This document shows positions 51,175 to 62,482 of a DNA stretch of 64,000 nucleotides, piece by piece; position 1 is the stretch's first letter, and each line of letters starts with the position of its first letter. This DNA is from Macrostomum lignano (taxonomy: Eukaryota). The position numbers were made by a program, and so were the translations under genes. The stretch is taken from contig NIVC01000142.1 in the NCBI GenBank assembly GCA_002269645.1, forward strand, positions 186,001-250,000. The letters are read 5' to 3'. The notes beneath the pieces are model-generated. The model saw only the letters and a program-made list of their open reading frames with translations, was not told where the DNA came from and did not search any database.

Positions 51175-51901
51175 GTACCAGCGTCTCAGTGTCTCAGTGT
51201 CCCAGTGTCTCAGTGTCCCAGTGTCCCAGTGTCCCAGTGTCCCAGTGTCCCAGTGTCCCAGTGTCCCAGTGTCCCAGTGTCTCAGTGTCCCAGTGTCCCA
51301 GTGTCTCTGTGTCCCAGTGTCTCAGTGTCCCAGTGTCCCAGTGTCCCAGTGTCTCAGTGTCCCAGTGTCTCAGTGTCCCAGTGTCTCAGTGGCCCAGCGT
51401 CTCAGTGTCTCAGCGTCCCAGTGTCTCAGTGTCTCAGTGTCCCAGTGTCCCAGTGTCCCAGTGTCCCAGTGTCCCAGTGTCCCAGTGTCCCAGTGTCTCA
51501 GTGTCCCAGTGTCCCAGTGTCTCTGTGTCCCAGTGTCTCAGTGTCCCAGTGTCCCAGTGTCCCAGTGTCTCAGTGTCCCAGTGTCTCAGTGTCCCAGTGT
51601 CTCAGTGGCCCAGCGTCTCAGTGTCTCAGCGTCCCAGTGTCTCAGTGTCTCAGTGTTTCAGTGTTTCAGTGTCCCAGTGTCCCAGTGTCCCAGTGTCCCA
51701 GTGTCCCAGTGTCTCAGTGTCCCAGTGTCTCAGTGTTTCAGTGTTTCAGTGTCTCAGTGTCCCAGTGTCTCAGTGTCTCAGCGTCCCAGTGTCCCAGTGT
51801 CTCAGTGTCCCAGTGTCCCAGTGTCCCAATGTCCCAGTGTCTCAGTGTCCCAGTGTCCCAGTGTCCCAATGTCCCAGTGTGTCTGTCTGTCTGTCTGTCT
51901 A

Positions 51902-51987
<86 letters not shown>

Positions 51988-52025
51988 GTCTGTCTGTCTG
52001 TCTGTCGTCTGTCTGTCTGTCTATC

Positions 52026-52068
<43 letters not shown>
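51175..52068. repeat. 8-bp (CAGTGTCC/CAGTGTCT)n array followed by (TGTC)n, filling nicastrin intron 3
   Basis: Direct observation; switch at ~51880. Confidence 0.97.
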
Positions 52069-52070
52069 AG

Positions 52071-52895
52071 TCCCTGCCGCCGTCAATCCCGCAGCCGGAG
52101 GTCACGGCACCGCGCCAGTCAGCCTGGGCCGGTCGTGACGTGGCCTTGCTGCTGCTGACTGGCGAGAGCTACGGCCACCTGGCCAGCCGGCACCTGGCAG
52201 ACCAGTTGCTAAGCAACGGGCTGCTAGGCGGCCGCGGCGAGCCGGCAGCCGTGAAGGCGGATCACGTGCACAGCATCGTGGAGCTGGGACCGCTGAGTCA
52301 GGCTGGTGGCAACCTGAGCAGCTTCAAAGACAACGAAAGTCCGCCCGCCTGGTCGGCTCTAAGCATCCTTCGCCCAGCAACAAAGCGACCCGGCTTGTTG
52401 CTAACCAGTCTCCATGGAAACCAGTCAGTAGCTTTTAAATCGTCGCTAATCGAAGCGTCTCAAACGCTGCTAAGAATGTCGGTCGGCTTCCTGCTCTCCG
52501 GCCAGGTCGGCTCTTCAAACATCTCCCTGCCCGCTGAGCTCAGCGCGGCCGCTGCTGCCCGACTGGCTGAGGCCGAGGACTGCCTGCGCCTGCGGGTCGG
52601 CCGGCGCTGCGGTGCCATCTTCGACGGCCCGGACCTCCAGCAGGGCCGGCAGGCGCTGGCCCGCAGTCTGCACCGCTGGCACAGGGGTGTCGGCGTCGCG
52701 GCCAGTTTGGGCCCGGAAGGTCCGATCGCCAGTGCCGCCAGCTCGGCGTTGAAGCAGTCGGGGCACGCCGTGGGGACGCGACTGCTGCTGAGCAGCCTGC
52801 TGCTGCGGTTCACCCTGCGGCCGCGGCGGCCGGGGCAGCCGGACGGATGTCCGAAAATTCCTAAGGACGATAGTGCGCCGGTCAGGGGCTACTGG
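52071..52895 (+). CDS. NCSTN: Nicastrin-like, exon 4 (peptidase-M28-like large lobe)
   Basis: RDVALLLLTGESYGHLASRHL (human [21 protein letters not shown]), HVHSIVELG (NVDSFVELG). Donor TGG|GTGAGT. Confidence 0.85.
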
Positions 52896-52904
52896 GTGAG
52901 TGCA

Positions 52905-53262
52905 TAGATTAGCAATCCATCTAAGTAGATAGACTGGCAATCCATCCAGAGGCAGACTGGCAATCCATCTAAGTAGATAGACTGGCAATCCATCCAGAGG
53001 CAGACTAGCAATCCATCCAGAGGCAGACTGGCAATCCATCCAGAGGCAGACTAGCAATCAATCCAGAGGCAGACTAGCAATCCATCCAGAGGCAGACTGG
53101 CAATCCATCCAGAGGCAGACTAGCAATCCATCCAGAGGCAGACTGGCAATCCATCCAGAGGCAGACTAGCAATCCATCCAGAGGCAGACTAGCAATCCAT
53201 CCAGAGGCAGACTGGCAATCCATCTATGTATATAGACTAGCAATCCATCCAGAGGCAGACTG
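52905..53262. repeat. 23-bp minisatellite (GACTAGCAATCCATCCAGAGGCA)n
   Basis: Tandem units in nicastrin intron 4. Confidence 0.93.
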
Positions 53263-53285
53263 GCTTTATTACCCCTTTCGAACAG

Positions 53286-53579
53286 GTGCTGCTAAACGGC
53301 AGCCGGCACTGCCAGTTCAGCTCTCTGGCCAGTTTCTGGCTGGGCCCGGACAATCCGGACAATGAGTCATTGCCGGACTGGTCAATGTCCGTGACGGACA
53401 GTCAGCCCAGGCTGGTTCTGTTTGTGACCGCCTCGGCCAGGGTTCAGTGGCTCACGGCTGCCTTTGGCTTCGTGCTGGGCCTGCTGTGGACTCACCTGAC
53501 CGCCGCGGCGGCTCTGCACTGGCAAGAAATGCAACAAAAGGAAGCGCCGAGGCAAGAGGCCGCTCAGCTGAAGACGTGA
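53286..53579 (+). CDS. NCSTN: Nicastrin-like, exon 5 (TM helix, stop); total ~695 aa
   Basis: WSMS..PRLVLFVTAS..QWLTAAFGFVLGLLW (human WTES..RARIFLIAS..ELITLTVGFGILIF). Acceptor CGAACAG|. Confidence 0.85.
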   Translation: MLLNGSRHCQFSSLASFWLGPDNPDNESLPDWSMSVTDSQPRLVLFVTASARVQWLTAAFGFVLGLLWTHLTAAAALHWQEMQQKEAPRQEAAQLKT

Positions 53580-53639
53580 TTTACACTAATGTTTACGATG
53601 TACTACTTCGATTTCAACTAATAACAATGACTTATTACT

Positions 53640-55048
53640 ATTGATTAGCAATACGCACATAGCAATACACCGTAAATATAGATAGCAATTCACCATGGAG
53701 ATACTCGTATATTAGCAATCCGCAATAGGAATAGATTAGCAATCCACTATAGGAATAGATTAGCAATCCACTATAGGAATAGATTAGCAATCCACAATAG
53801 AAATAGATTAGCAATCCACTATAGGAATAGATTAGCAATCCACTATAGGAATAGATTAGCAATCCACTATAGGAATAGATTAGCAATCCACTATACCAGT
53901 AGGAATAGATTAGCAATCCACTATAGGAATAGATTAGCAATCCACTATAGGGAATAGATTAGCAATCCACTATAGGAATAGATTAGCAATCCACTATAGA
54001 GAATAGATTAGCAATCCACTATAGGAATAGATTAGCAATCCACTATAGGAATAGATTAGCAATCCACTATAGGAATAGATTAGCAATCCACTATAGGAAT
54101 AGATTAGCAATCCACTATAGGAATAGATTAGCAATCCACTATAGGAATAGATTAGCAATCCACTATAGGAATAGATTAGCAATCCACTATAGGAATAGAT
54201 TAGCAATCCACTATACCAGTAGGAATAGATTAGCAATCCACTATAGGAATAGATTAGCAATCCACTATAGAGAATAGATTAGCAATCCACTATAGGAATA
54301 GATTAGCAATCCACTATAGGAATAGATTAGCAATCCACTATAGGAATAGATTAGCAATCCACTATAGGAATAGATTAGCAATCCACTATAGGAATAGATT
54401 AGCAATCCACTATAGGAATAGATTAGCAATCCACTATAGGAATAGATTAGCAATCCACTATAGGAATAGATTAGCAATCCACTATAGGAATAGATTAGCA
54501 ATCCACTATACCAGTAGGAATAGATTAGCAATCCACTATAGGAATAGATTAGCAATCCACTATAGGGAATAGATTAGCAATCCACTATAGGAATAGATTA
54601 GCAATCCACTATAGGGAATAGATTGGCAATCCACTATAGGAATAGATTAGCAATCCACTATAGGAATAGATTAGCAATCCACTATAGGAATAGATTAGCA
54701 ATCCACTATAGAGAATAGATTAGCAATCCACTATAGGAATAGATTAGCAATCCACTATAGGAAATAGATTAGCAATCCACTATACGAATAGATTAGCAAT
54801 CCACTATAGGAATAGATTAGCAATCCACTATAGGGAATAGATTAGCAATCCACTATAGGAATAGATTAGCAATCCACTATAGGAATAGATTAGCAATCCA
54901 CTATAGGGAATAGATTAGCAATCCACTATAGGAATAGATTAGCAATCCACTATAGGGAATAGATTAGCAATCCACTATAGGAATAGATTAGCAATCCACT
55001 ATAGAGAATAGATTAGCAATCCACTATAGGAATAGATTAGCAATCCAC
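53640..55048. repeat. 24-bp minisatellite (GGAATAGATTAGCAATCCACTATA)n
   Basis: Long run of tandem units just 3' of nicastrin. Confidence 0.97.
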
Positions 55049-55583
55049 CGGGTAGATGATTATGGAGCTGGATGGGGTGTAAAAATAAAACAAAAAAGAA
55101 GACTGACTACTTAAACACTTAAAAGAAGGCTCGATTTATTAAGTAACAGAATGTACATTCAGTTTCGTACTATGGCTACTACTATTGTTTATTAACATTA
55201 TTTAATTGAGAATCTAGTACGGTAATGGAAACTGGTAATTGGCTAGCTGATATAATAATTATATAAATACGGTTTCAATTTAAAAAAAGAATGATCAAAC
55301 GCTGTTTACGTTGCATCCGAAAATGAATTAGAGTCATTATACTTCGAGAAAATGCTAAATCCAGGATTACAGTAAAAATGCAGCTAGTTAGTCGGGCGCA
55401 AACCATGTCAGTCAGATGAGTAGGAGTTGCCGTCAGCTTCTCCTGAAATATTGAGTAATAAATTATGACTTGGAAACATTTGAGTCATGTAAATATTTGG
55501 TAAAGTAGAAGTAGAAGTAGCCCTGACTCTATTCCACAGGATGCCTTGGGGTTGGGGGAGGGGAAATCAATATAGCTTGAATG

Positions 55584-56503
55584 ATTCCTTTTTGCGGCCT
55601 AGTTGGTGCTGCAAGCTTTCAGTTTAATCATAGATACGGAAATCAGGCTTGCGAGACTGAAAATTCTGTCTATGGTCGACACTCGCTGGCATAGCGGAGT
55701 TCAATTTAATCCTGGGGGCATCAATTTGATCATTCTATGTTTTCAATGCACATTTTTACAGTTAGCGAAACCTGTTTTTAACTTGTTTTTACATCATATG
55801 ATCTTCGGAGAGACTATGACGGCAGTCAGGTTCCAGAAGTTCATCAATGATCTGGTGCAAAGCGTGACGAGTCGTGGTGATGTACCTGATGGCCAGGAGT
55901 CTGTATGATCATGGATGACGCCCGTTTTCATCATGGAGTGACAATCCCAGATCAGCCCGCTTGGCGCCTGGTGACATTGCCTCCTTACTTGCCATTCCTC
56001 AATCCTGTGGAGAACGCGCACGCCTGCCTGAAGGCAGCCATCAAAAGCCAGCTGGCTCAACCACAACTGCTAGAAGAGCTGGACACTCCGCCTGATGGTC
56101 ATTCGCTACGAGAGTGGCGAATCCTTGTCCTACAGAGGGTTGCACAGGACGCAACCCGTGAAGTGACCGTTGCAAAATGCGGAGGCTGGTACCGGCAGAT
56201 GCTGAGGTTTATTCCAGCCTGACTCGACTACATCCGACGCTAAAGCTTTTATTTGTTTATTGTATTGCTCTGTTTTTAGATTTTCTCAATGATAAGTAAA
56301 CGACTTGTGTTATAGAACTGGATATCTAACGTTATATGATTAGAATGATCAAATTGATGCCCCCAGGATTAAATTGAAATCCGCTATGCCAGCGAGTGTC
56401 GACCATAGACAGAATTTTCAGTCTCGCAAGCCTGATTTCCGTATCTATGATTAAATTGAAAGCTTGCAGCACCAGCTAGGCCGCAAAAAGGAATAATAGT
56501 AAG
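55584..56503 (+). mobile_element. Internally deleted IS630-Tc1-mariner DNA transposon
   Basis: 154-bp TIRs 55584-55737 and 56341-56494 with 3 mismatches. The right end extends to 56503 and is followed by TA; the left terminus appears clipped. Confidence 0.9.
55790..56222 (+). pseudogene. Truncated, frameshifted DDE_3 (IS630-like) transposase C-terminus
   Basis: TAVRFQKFINDLVQ, frameshift near 55900, then MIMDDARFH...LPPYLPFLNPVE (canonical DNARxH...LPPYSPxLNPIE). Confidence 0.88.
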
Positions 56504-56870
56504 TACACCCATCGACAACCACCCTATGCCCTCTCTGCGCTTCATTCCTCTCTAGAGTTAATTCTGACTGGCTGGGCGCAGAGCAGACATTTAATGGACT
56601 GGGGGAGGCAAATCAGTATAGCTTGAATGTACATTTATTGACAACCACCCCACGCCCTCTCTGCGCTCCCTTCCCCTCTAGGGTTATTTCTGACTGGTTG
56701 GGCGCAGAACAGACAAAATGAAATTTAATGGGCTGGGGGAGGGAAAATCGATATAGCTTGAATGTACATTTATTGACAACCATCCCACACCCTCTCTGCG
56801 CTTCCTTCCTCTAGAGTTGATTTTTGATTGGCTCGGCGAAGTGCAGACAAAATGAAACTTAATCGCGGAC
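56504..56870. repeat. ~125-135-bp tandem satellite (~3 copies; the unit interrupted by the transposon begins at ~55535-55583)
   Basis: GGGGGAGG.AAATC..TATAGCTTGAATG|TACATTTATTGACAACCA recurs. Confidence 0.85.
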
Positions 56871-57182
56871 TCACTCCAAAGGGAGCTGCTTAGCTCTAAA
56901 GTAACGCATTTCCTGTGGTCGTCCTAAAATTGTGGAACATTTTAATGAAGAATTAATTTTGTTTGAAAAAAATATGTTTAAAAAATATGTTTTAAATTCT
57001 ACCCCTGGTTAGTGGATAGGGACAATATAGCAAATTTCATGCTAATCTACTTTAGCTACGAGCGTACATTAAGTTTAACTAACCTTAATAAATTTTATTG
57101 TCAATGCATGCAAAAGTATAAATTACGATAAATCAGAAGTTTTCTATAATAAACTACTAACAGTAGGCGAAACGTCTATTAT

Positions 57183-57808
57183 TCACATTGACTGGAATAA
57201 TGATAAAAAAGTGACTAATTTTGTTAGCGAACTATAAAACTGCAAAGCATGGCAAAAAAGGTAAAATAAACAATAATGATATTGCTGGCGATATGCACTG
57301 ACCGGGTTAGGGCTGAGGCGGAAGCGATCTCTTCTACCGGTACCCAAGCGGCTGCAGCGGCCTCTGCCGCACCTACCGTCTCTTTGGAACCTGCTGCCGC
57401 CGCCGCCACCGACGCTTAGCTGCACCGTCTCGGCGACAAACGGCGACAACGACATCGAGCCGCTGCCCCCATCGAGTATCGAAGCTGCCCGCTGTGGTGT
57501 CGGAGTCGACGACGGCGACAGATCGTCGGGATCGGACTCCGGGATCCGAGTGAGTCGAGGAGCTCGCCGACGCATCAGTCGGCGCTGGTCGCCATCGCTT
57601 CCACCGCCGCGACTTCCAGAGCCGCCGCCGACGCTGCCGCCGACGCTGCTGCCGATGCCGCCGTTGGCGTTTCGACGACCGGCTCCGGCGATGCAGCGGC
57701 TCCACAGCAGGACGGCCACCGCCAGGGAGACGGCCACCGCCGCGCAGGCCAGCATCGCCCACAGAGTTGTCATGCCGACGTCCAGCTTGTAGGAGGCGGC
57801 GGGGTCCG
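57183..57808 (-). CDS. Turtle/IGSF9-like adhesion protein: TM helix and cytoplasmic tail exon
   Basis: Acceptor CCCCATCCGGCAG| phase 1; LWAMLACAAVAVSLAVAVLLW TM segment. 3' end uncertain (possible donor at 57377/57376). Confidence 0.7.
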
Positions 57809-57847
57809 CTGCCGGATGGGGGAGAAAGAAGGGAGTTGGAGCTGGCG

Positions 57848-57950
57848 GGTGTGGCGGAATGAGGTGGGTGTCGGATTGAGGTGGGTGTCGGAGTGAGGTG
57901 GGTGTCAGAGTGAGGTGGGTGTCGGAGTGAGGTGGGTGTAGAAGTGAGGT
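57848..57950. repeat. 18-bp minisatellite (GAGTGAGGTGGGTGTCG-type), ~5 copies
   Basis: Tandem units in the 177-nt intron. Confidence 0.85.
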
Positions 57951-57985
57951 AGGAGATGCAGAGCCCCCCAGGCCTTCCAGCTCAC

Positions 57986-58168
57986 CGGAAAACAGCGCAG
58001 TGTCCAGGCTGAGCTCCGGGCAGGGCTTACTGCACTTTAGGCTGCCGCAGGCCACGGCTCTCAAATGAAGGAAAGCGACGCGACGCTCAGTCAGCAGGGC
58101 GGCCGCGTCCACCGTCAGTTCAGTGAGGGGCGCCGACACGGGCGGCAGGCTCTGCCAGCGCCGGCTGT
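57986..58168 (-). CDS. Turtle/IGSF9-like: second FN3 domain C-terminal exon
   Basis: CTCCATTCAG|AC SRRWQSL...FLHLRAVACG...LFS G|GTGAGC, phase 1/1. Confidence 0.75.
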
Positions 58169-58244
58169 CTGAATGGAGAGTCAGGGCAGGGCCGGTGGGA
58201 GCTCGTCGTTTACAGACTGAGAGAAAGTAAGTTTAACCGTACAT

Positions 58245-58612
58245 CTGCCTCCACTGTCTCCCAAGTCACTCCACTGTCTCCCATGCCACTACACTGTCTT
58301 CCATGTCACTCCACTGTCTTCCATGTCACTACACTGTCTCCCATGTCACTCCACTGTCTCCCATATCACTCCACTGTCTCCCATATCACTCCACTGTCTC
58401 CCATGTCACTCCACTGTCTCCCATGTCACTCCACTGTCTCCCATATCACTCCACTGTCTCCCATGTCACTCCACTGTCTCCCATATCACTCCACTGTCTC
58501 TCTGTCACTCCACTGTCTCGCATGTCACTCCAATGCCCCCACTGTCACTCCACTGCCTTCCCTGTCACTCCACTGTCTTGCATGTCACTCCACTGTCTCC
58601 CTGTCAGTCCAC
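58245..58612. repeat. 20-bp minisatellite (CCATGTCACTCCACTGTCTC)n
   Basis: Tandem units. Confidence 0.93.
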
Positions 58613-59064
58613 TGTTTTTTCTATTTATAAATAACCGGTCTTAAAAGATAGTGTGAAAGTGTACCAAGCACTCAAATTTACCTATTGTAATGTTTTATCT
58701 ACAATATAATGATTAATTATCATTTAATACAACCCAGAGATTCGACAGACATCCTGAACCGGTAGAGTTCAGACTTGCAAGGGCAATCAGACTGATTGCT
58801 AGATCATATTTGAGCAAACAGTGTCCTGGTAGCCTCGGGATTAGATTAATAATCGTTGGCTCATATTGAGACCAGGTAGGTCCACGTGACAGGTTGGCGG
58901 CTTTGCCTGTTTAAACATCACAGATTTCAGGCCGTGTTTAGCCAGTGGACTCTGAGTCAGTGAAAGATCAGCTCCCTCCTTTGGCGTATGGAAGTTTTCT
59001 ATTTATTTGATTGTGTTTGCGCCACTTTTTGAGACAGTTTTGATTTTAGCGCCGAGATAACTGG

Positions 59065-59420
59065 GATAAACGATAGTTTTAGCGCCATTGAGATTGTTTC
59101 GGCGCCATTGGGCTAGTATTGGCGCCATCCAAATAGTTTTGGCGCCATTGAAACAGTTTTGGCGCCATTGGGATAGTTTCGGCGCCATCGGATAATTTTG
59201 GCACCACTGGAATAGTTTTGGCGCCACTGGGATAGTTTTGGCGCCACTGGGATAGTTTTGGCACCACTGTAATAGTTTTGGCGCCACTGGGATAGTTTTG
59301 GCGCCACTGGGATAGTTTTGGCGCCATCAGGATAGTTTTGGCGCCACTGGAATAGTTTTGGCGCCACTGGAATAGTTTTGGCGCCACTGGGATAGTTTTG
59401 GCGCCACTGGTATGGTTTTG
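59065..59420. repeat. 20-bp minisatellite (GCGCCACTGGGATAGTTTTG)n, resuming at 60264-60325 after the LTR
   Basis: Tandem units. Confidence 0.93.
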
Positions 59421-59441
59421 ACGGCATCAGGACAGTTTCAG

Positions 59442-60258
59442 TGTGACGTTGTCAGTTTAAGGTGGTCCCGAAAAGGGCCGTTGGACTGCTGGTTTTCCAT
59501 AGTCATTCAACCCTTCAGTTTCACCGCTTCAACTAAACTTTTCCATTCGTTTATTGCGACGTTTACTTGTAGTAATGCCCAACGATTTTGTGGCAATTTC
59601 TAACTCACTGTATATTTTGGCTACCCTCTCTCGCGACCGTATAAAATTGGCACGATCGATAATTTTAAGTTCTCTCGCCAGCCAATGAAATCACTCGTGC
59701 TCGCGCTACCCCCCTCTGCGCTCTTTTATTAAACCCCCCCGCCTGGCGGCGGGCACCCCTCACGCCCTTTTCGTCTCTCCTGTCCCGTTTCTTCTCTCCT
59801 TCCCTGGCTGTCTCATCTGTTTGTCTGGCTGCCTAGAGCCTCCCTATTTCTCGCCACGGCCCCTCTGTCTGGGCCAGCCTGCTCACACACGTACTTGACT
59901 GTCTCACGCCACGACCGACGCCAAACTCGCCACTACGTTTCACTGCCTTCACTGTGCTCATAGCCACTGCTCACGTCACGTCGCCATTACATCGCTCGTC
60001 TGTTGCTTGAACTCTCATCCAATTTATCTTCAAAGAAACCATTGTTGCAGCCGCCAGTGCCCAGGAAACCAAAGTTTGTTATTTGCCAGTAACGACCAAA
60101 CTTACTGTTTATATTGATAATAAAAACGACTACGGCAGTTTCCTGCCCTTATTGCCAAGTGCTCCGCTACACCATCCACTTCGCCTGAGTTGACTCCAAC
60201 TTATTTTGGGACTAAAACGGCCCTTTTAAGGGTCACGGCCAACATCAATAACGTGACA
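59442..60258 (+). mobile_element. Solo LTR (817 bp) of an LTR retrotransposon
   Basis: Ends TGTGACGTT...AACGTGACA, perfect 5-bp TSD TTCAG (59437-41 and 60259-63), internal TATAAAA (~59639) and AATAAA (~60119), no ORF. Confidence 0.8.
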
Positions 60259-60361
60259 TTCAGCGCCATTGGGATAGCTTTAGCGCCATTGTGGCAGTTT
60301 CGGCACCATGGGCATAGCTTTGGGATATTAGGTATTTGGATGGCCAATCAGACTCCCTCAC

Positions 60362-60672
60362 CAGAGGCAAACTGCACCAGGCTGTACAACACAGGCGGCT
60401 CAGTCGAGTTGCCCATCTGCCAGCTGATTTTCACTCGACCGCCTTTGACAATTTCAGCTGCCAACCGCACCGGCGCAGCTGGCAGATGCGGGTACAGCCC
60501 CGTGATGTCCTCCTGGGTGACGTAGCTCTGGCTCAGCGGCTTCGTGGCCGCGTACCGCCTCTCGGACTCCAGGCTGCGGCCCGACTGGCACACGGCTCGA
60601 ACAAAGAAGGCGTAGTGCGACTCGGGGATGAGACCGAATAGGCTGGCCTGGGAGGCGCCCGGCACCGGCACC
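60362..60672 (-). CDS. Turtle/IGSF9-like: FN3 exon
   Basis: GCAAGCAG|G VPVPG...LFGLIPESHYAFFVRAV...PAAPVRL...VKISW...FAS G|GTGAGG, phase 2/1. Confidence 0.85.
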
Positions 60673-60711
60673 CTGCTTGCGGGGGCGGGGGGGGGGAGGA
60701 ACACTGTTGGC

Positions 60712-61945
60712 GGAATCTCATTGGAATCTCACGGGAATCTAAATCTCCACTTAAATCTTAGCGGAATCTTGGTAAGATTTTCAATAAAATCTCTGTGAAA
60801 TCTCACAGGAATCTCAAAGGAATCTCACAGAATCTCACTGGAATCTCACTGGGATCTCACTGGAATCTCACAGGAATATAAATTTTCACTTATCTCACTG
60901 GAATCTCAAGGGAATCTCATTTGAATCACTCTGGAATCTCATTTGAATCACCCTGGAATCTCTCTAGAATCTTACTGGAATCTTTTTAGAATGTCACTAG
61001 AATCTCACTGTAGTCTCTTTTGAATCTCACTGCAATCTCTCTAGAATCTCACTGAAATCTCACCGGAATCTCACAGGAAGCTCACAGGAATCTCACAGGA
61101 ATTTCATTTGAATATCACTGGAATTTCACTGGAATCTCATTTGAATCTCACTAGAATCTCATTCGAATCTCATTTGAATGTCACAGGAATCTCACTGGAA
61201 TCTCACTGGAATCTCATTCGAATCTCACTGGAATCTCATTTGAATCTCACTAGAATCTCAAAGAAATCTCACAGGAATCTCACAGGAATTTCATTTGAAT
61301 ATCACTGGAATTTCACTGGAATCTCATTTGAATCTCACTAGAATCTCATTCGAATCTCATTTGAATGTCACAGGAATCTCACTGGAATCTCACTGGAATC
61401 TCATTCGAATCTCACTGGAATCTCATTGGAATCTCACTGGAACGTCACTGGAATCTCATTTAAATGTCACGGGAATCTCATTCGAATCTCACTGGAATCT
61501 CATTGGAATCTCACTGGAACGTCACTGGAATCTCATTCGAATTTCACTGGAATCTCAGTGGAATCTCACTGGAATCTCATTGGAATCTCACTGGAACGTC
61601 ACTGGAATCTCATTCGAATGTCACTGGAATCTCATTCGAATGTCACTGGAATCTCATTCGAATGTCACTGGAATCTCATTCGGATGTCACTGGAATCTCA
61701 TTCGAATGTCACTGGAATCTCATTCGAATGTCACTGGAATCTCATTCGGATGTCACTGGAATCTCATTCGAATGTCACTGGAATCTCATTCGGATGTCAC
61801 TGGAATCTCATTCGAATGTCACTGGAATCTCATTCGAATGTCACTGGAATCTCATTCGAATGTCACTGGAATCTCATTCGGATGTCACTGGAATCTCATT
61901 CGAATGTCACTGGAATCTCATTCGAATGTCACTGGAATCTCTCCA
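60712..61945. repeat. 11/22-bp minisatellite (GGAATCTCACT; CACTGGAATCTCATTCGAATGT)n
   Basis: Degenerate 5' part, homogeneous 3' part. Confidence 0.95.
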
Positions 61946-62012
61946 GAAACGCATAGAATCGCATATAGTGTTAAAATTGCACAGGAATTACTGAATAACT
62001 GGCATATCAGAC

Positions 62013-62463
62013 CTGAGGGTCGCCCAGCTCTGCAGCTTGACCTGCTTGTACCAGACGGCGTAGTTCAGCTCCCGACCACCGTCGTAACCTGGCATCCAGC
62101 TGAGATGCGCGCTGAACGGGTCGGTGACCACCGTCAGGTTGTACGGCGGCCTCTCTGGCCGAGCTTCAACCAGCAGCTGGGACTCGGCGAAGAGCTGCGC
62201 CAAGCTGTTGTTCACCAGGCACTGGTACCTGCCGGAGTCCGTCAGCCGCAGACGGCGGATTGTCAGCGCGTTCGGCAGTCGCTGAATTCGTCTATTGGGG
62301 TCGTCGGTGAAGTCGTCGTCTGGGAGCTGCAGCGGGTCGGCGTCTTTGAACCAGAGCACCTCGGCGCCGATGCCCAGGCTGTCCAGGTTGCAGAACAGGC
62401 TGGCCTCGCCGCCAACCAGCTGCTGGATGACCGTCTGCGGCCGCTCCCGCATGTACGGCAGGC
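62013..62463 (-). CDS. Turtle/IGSF9-like: Ig domain plus start of FN3
   Basis: ASLFC..VLWFK..LTIRRLRLTDSGRYQCLV (Ig), then PPYNLTV..SAHLSWMPGYDGG (FN3). CCCCCCAG| and CTCAG|GTCTGA. Upstream exons lie beyond the window. Confidence 0.88.
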
Positions 62464-62482
62464 CTGGGGGGAGACGAAACAC

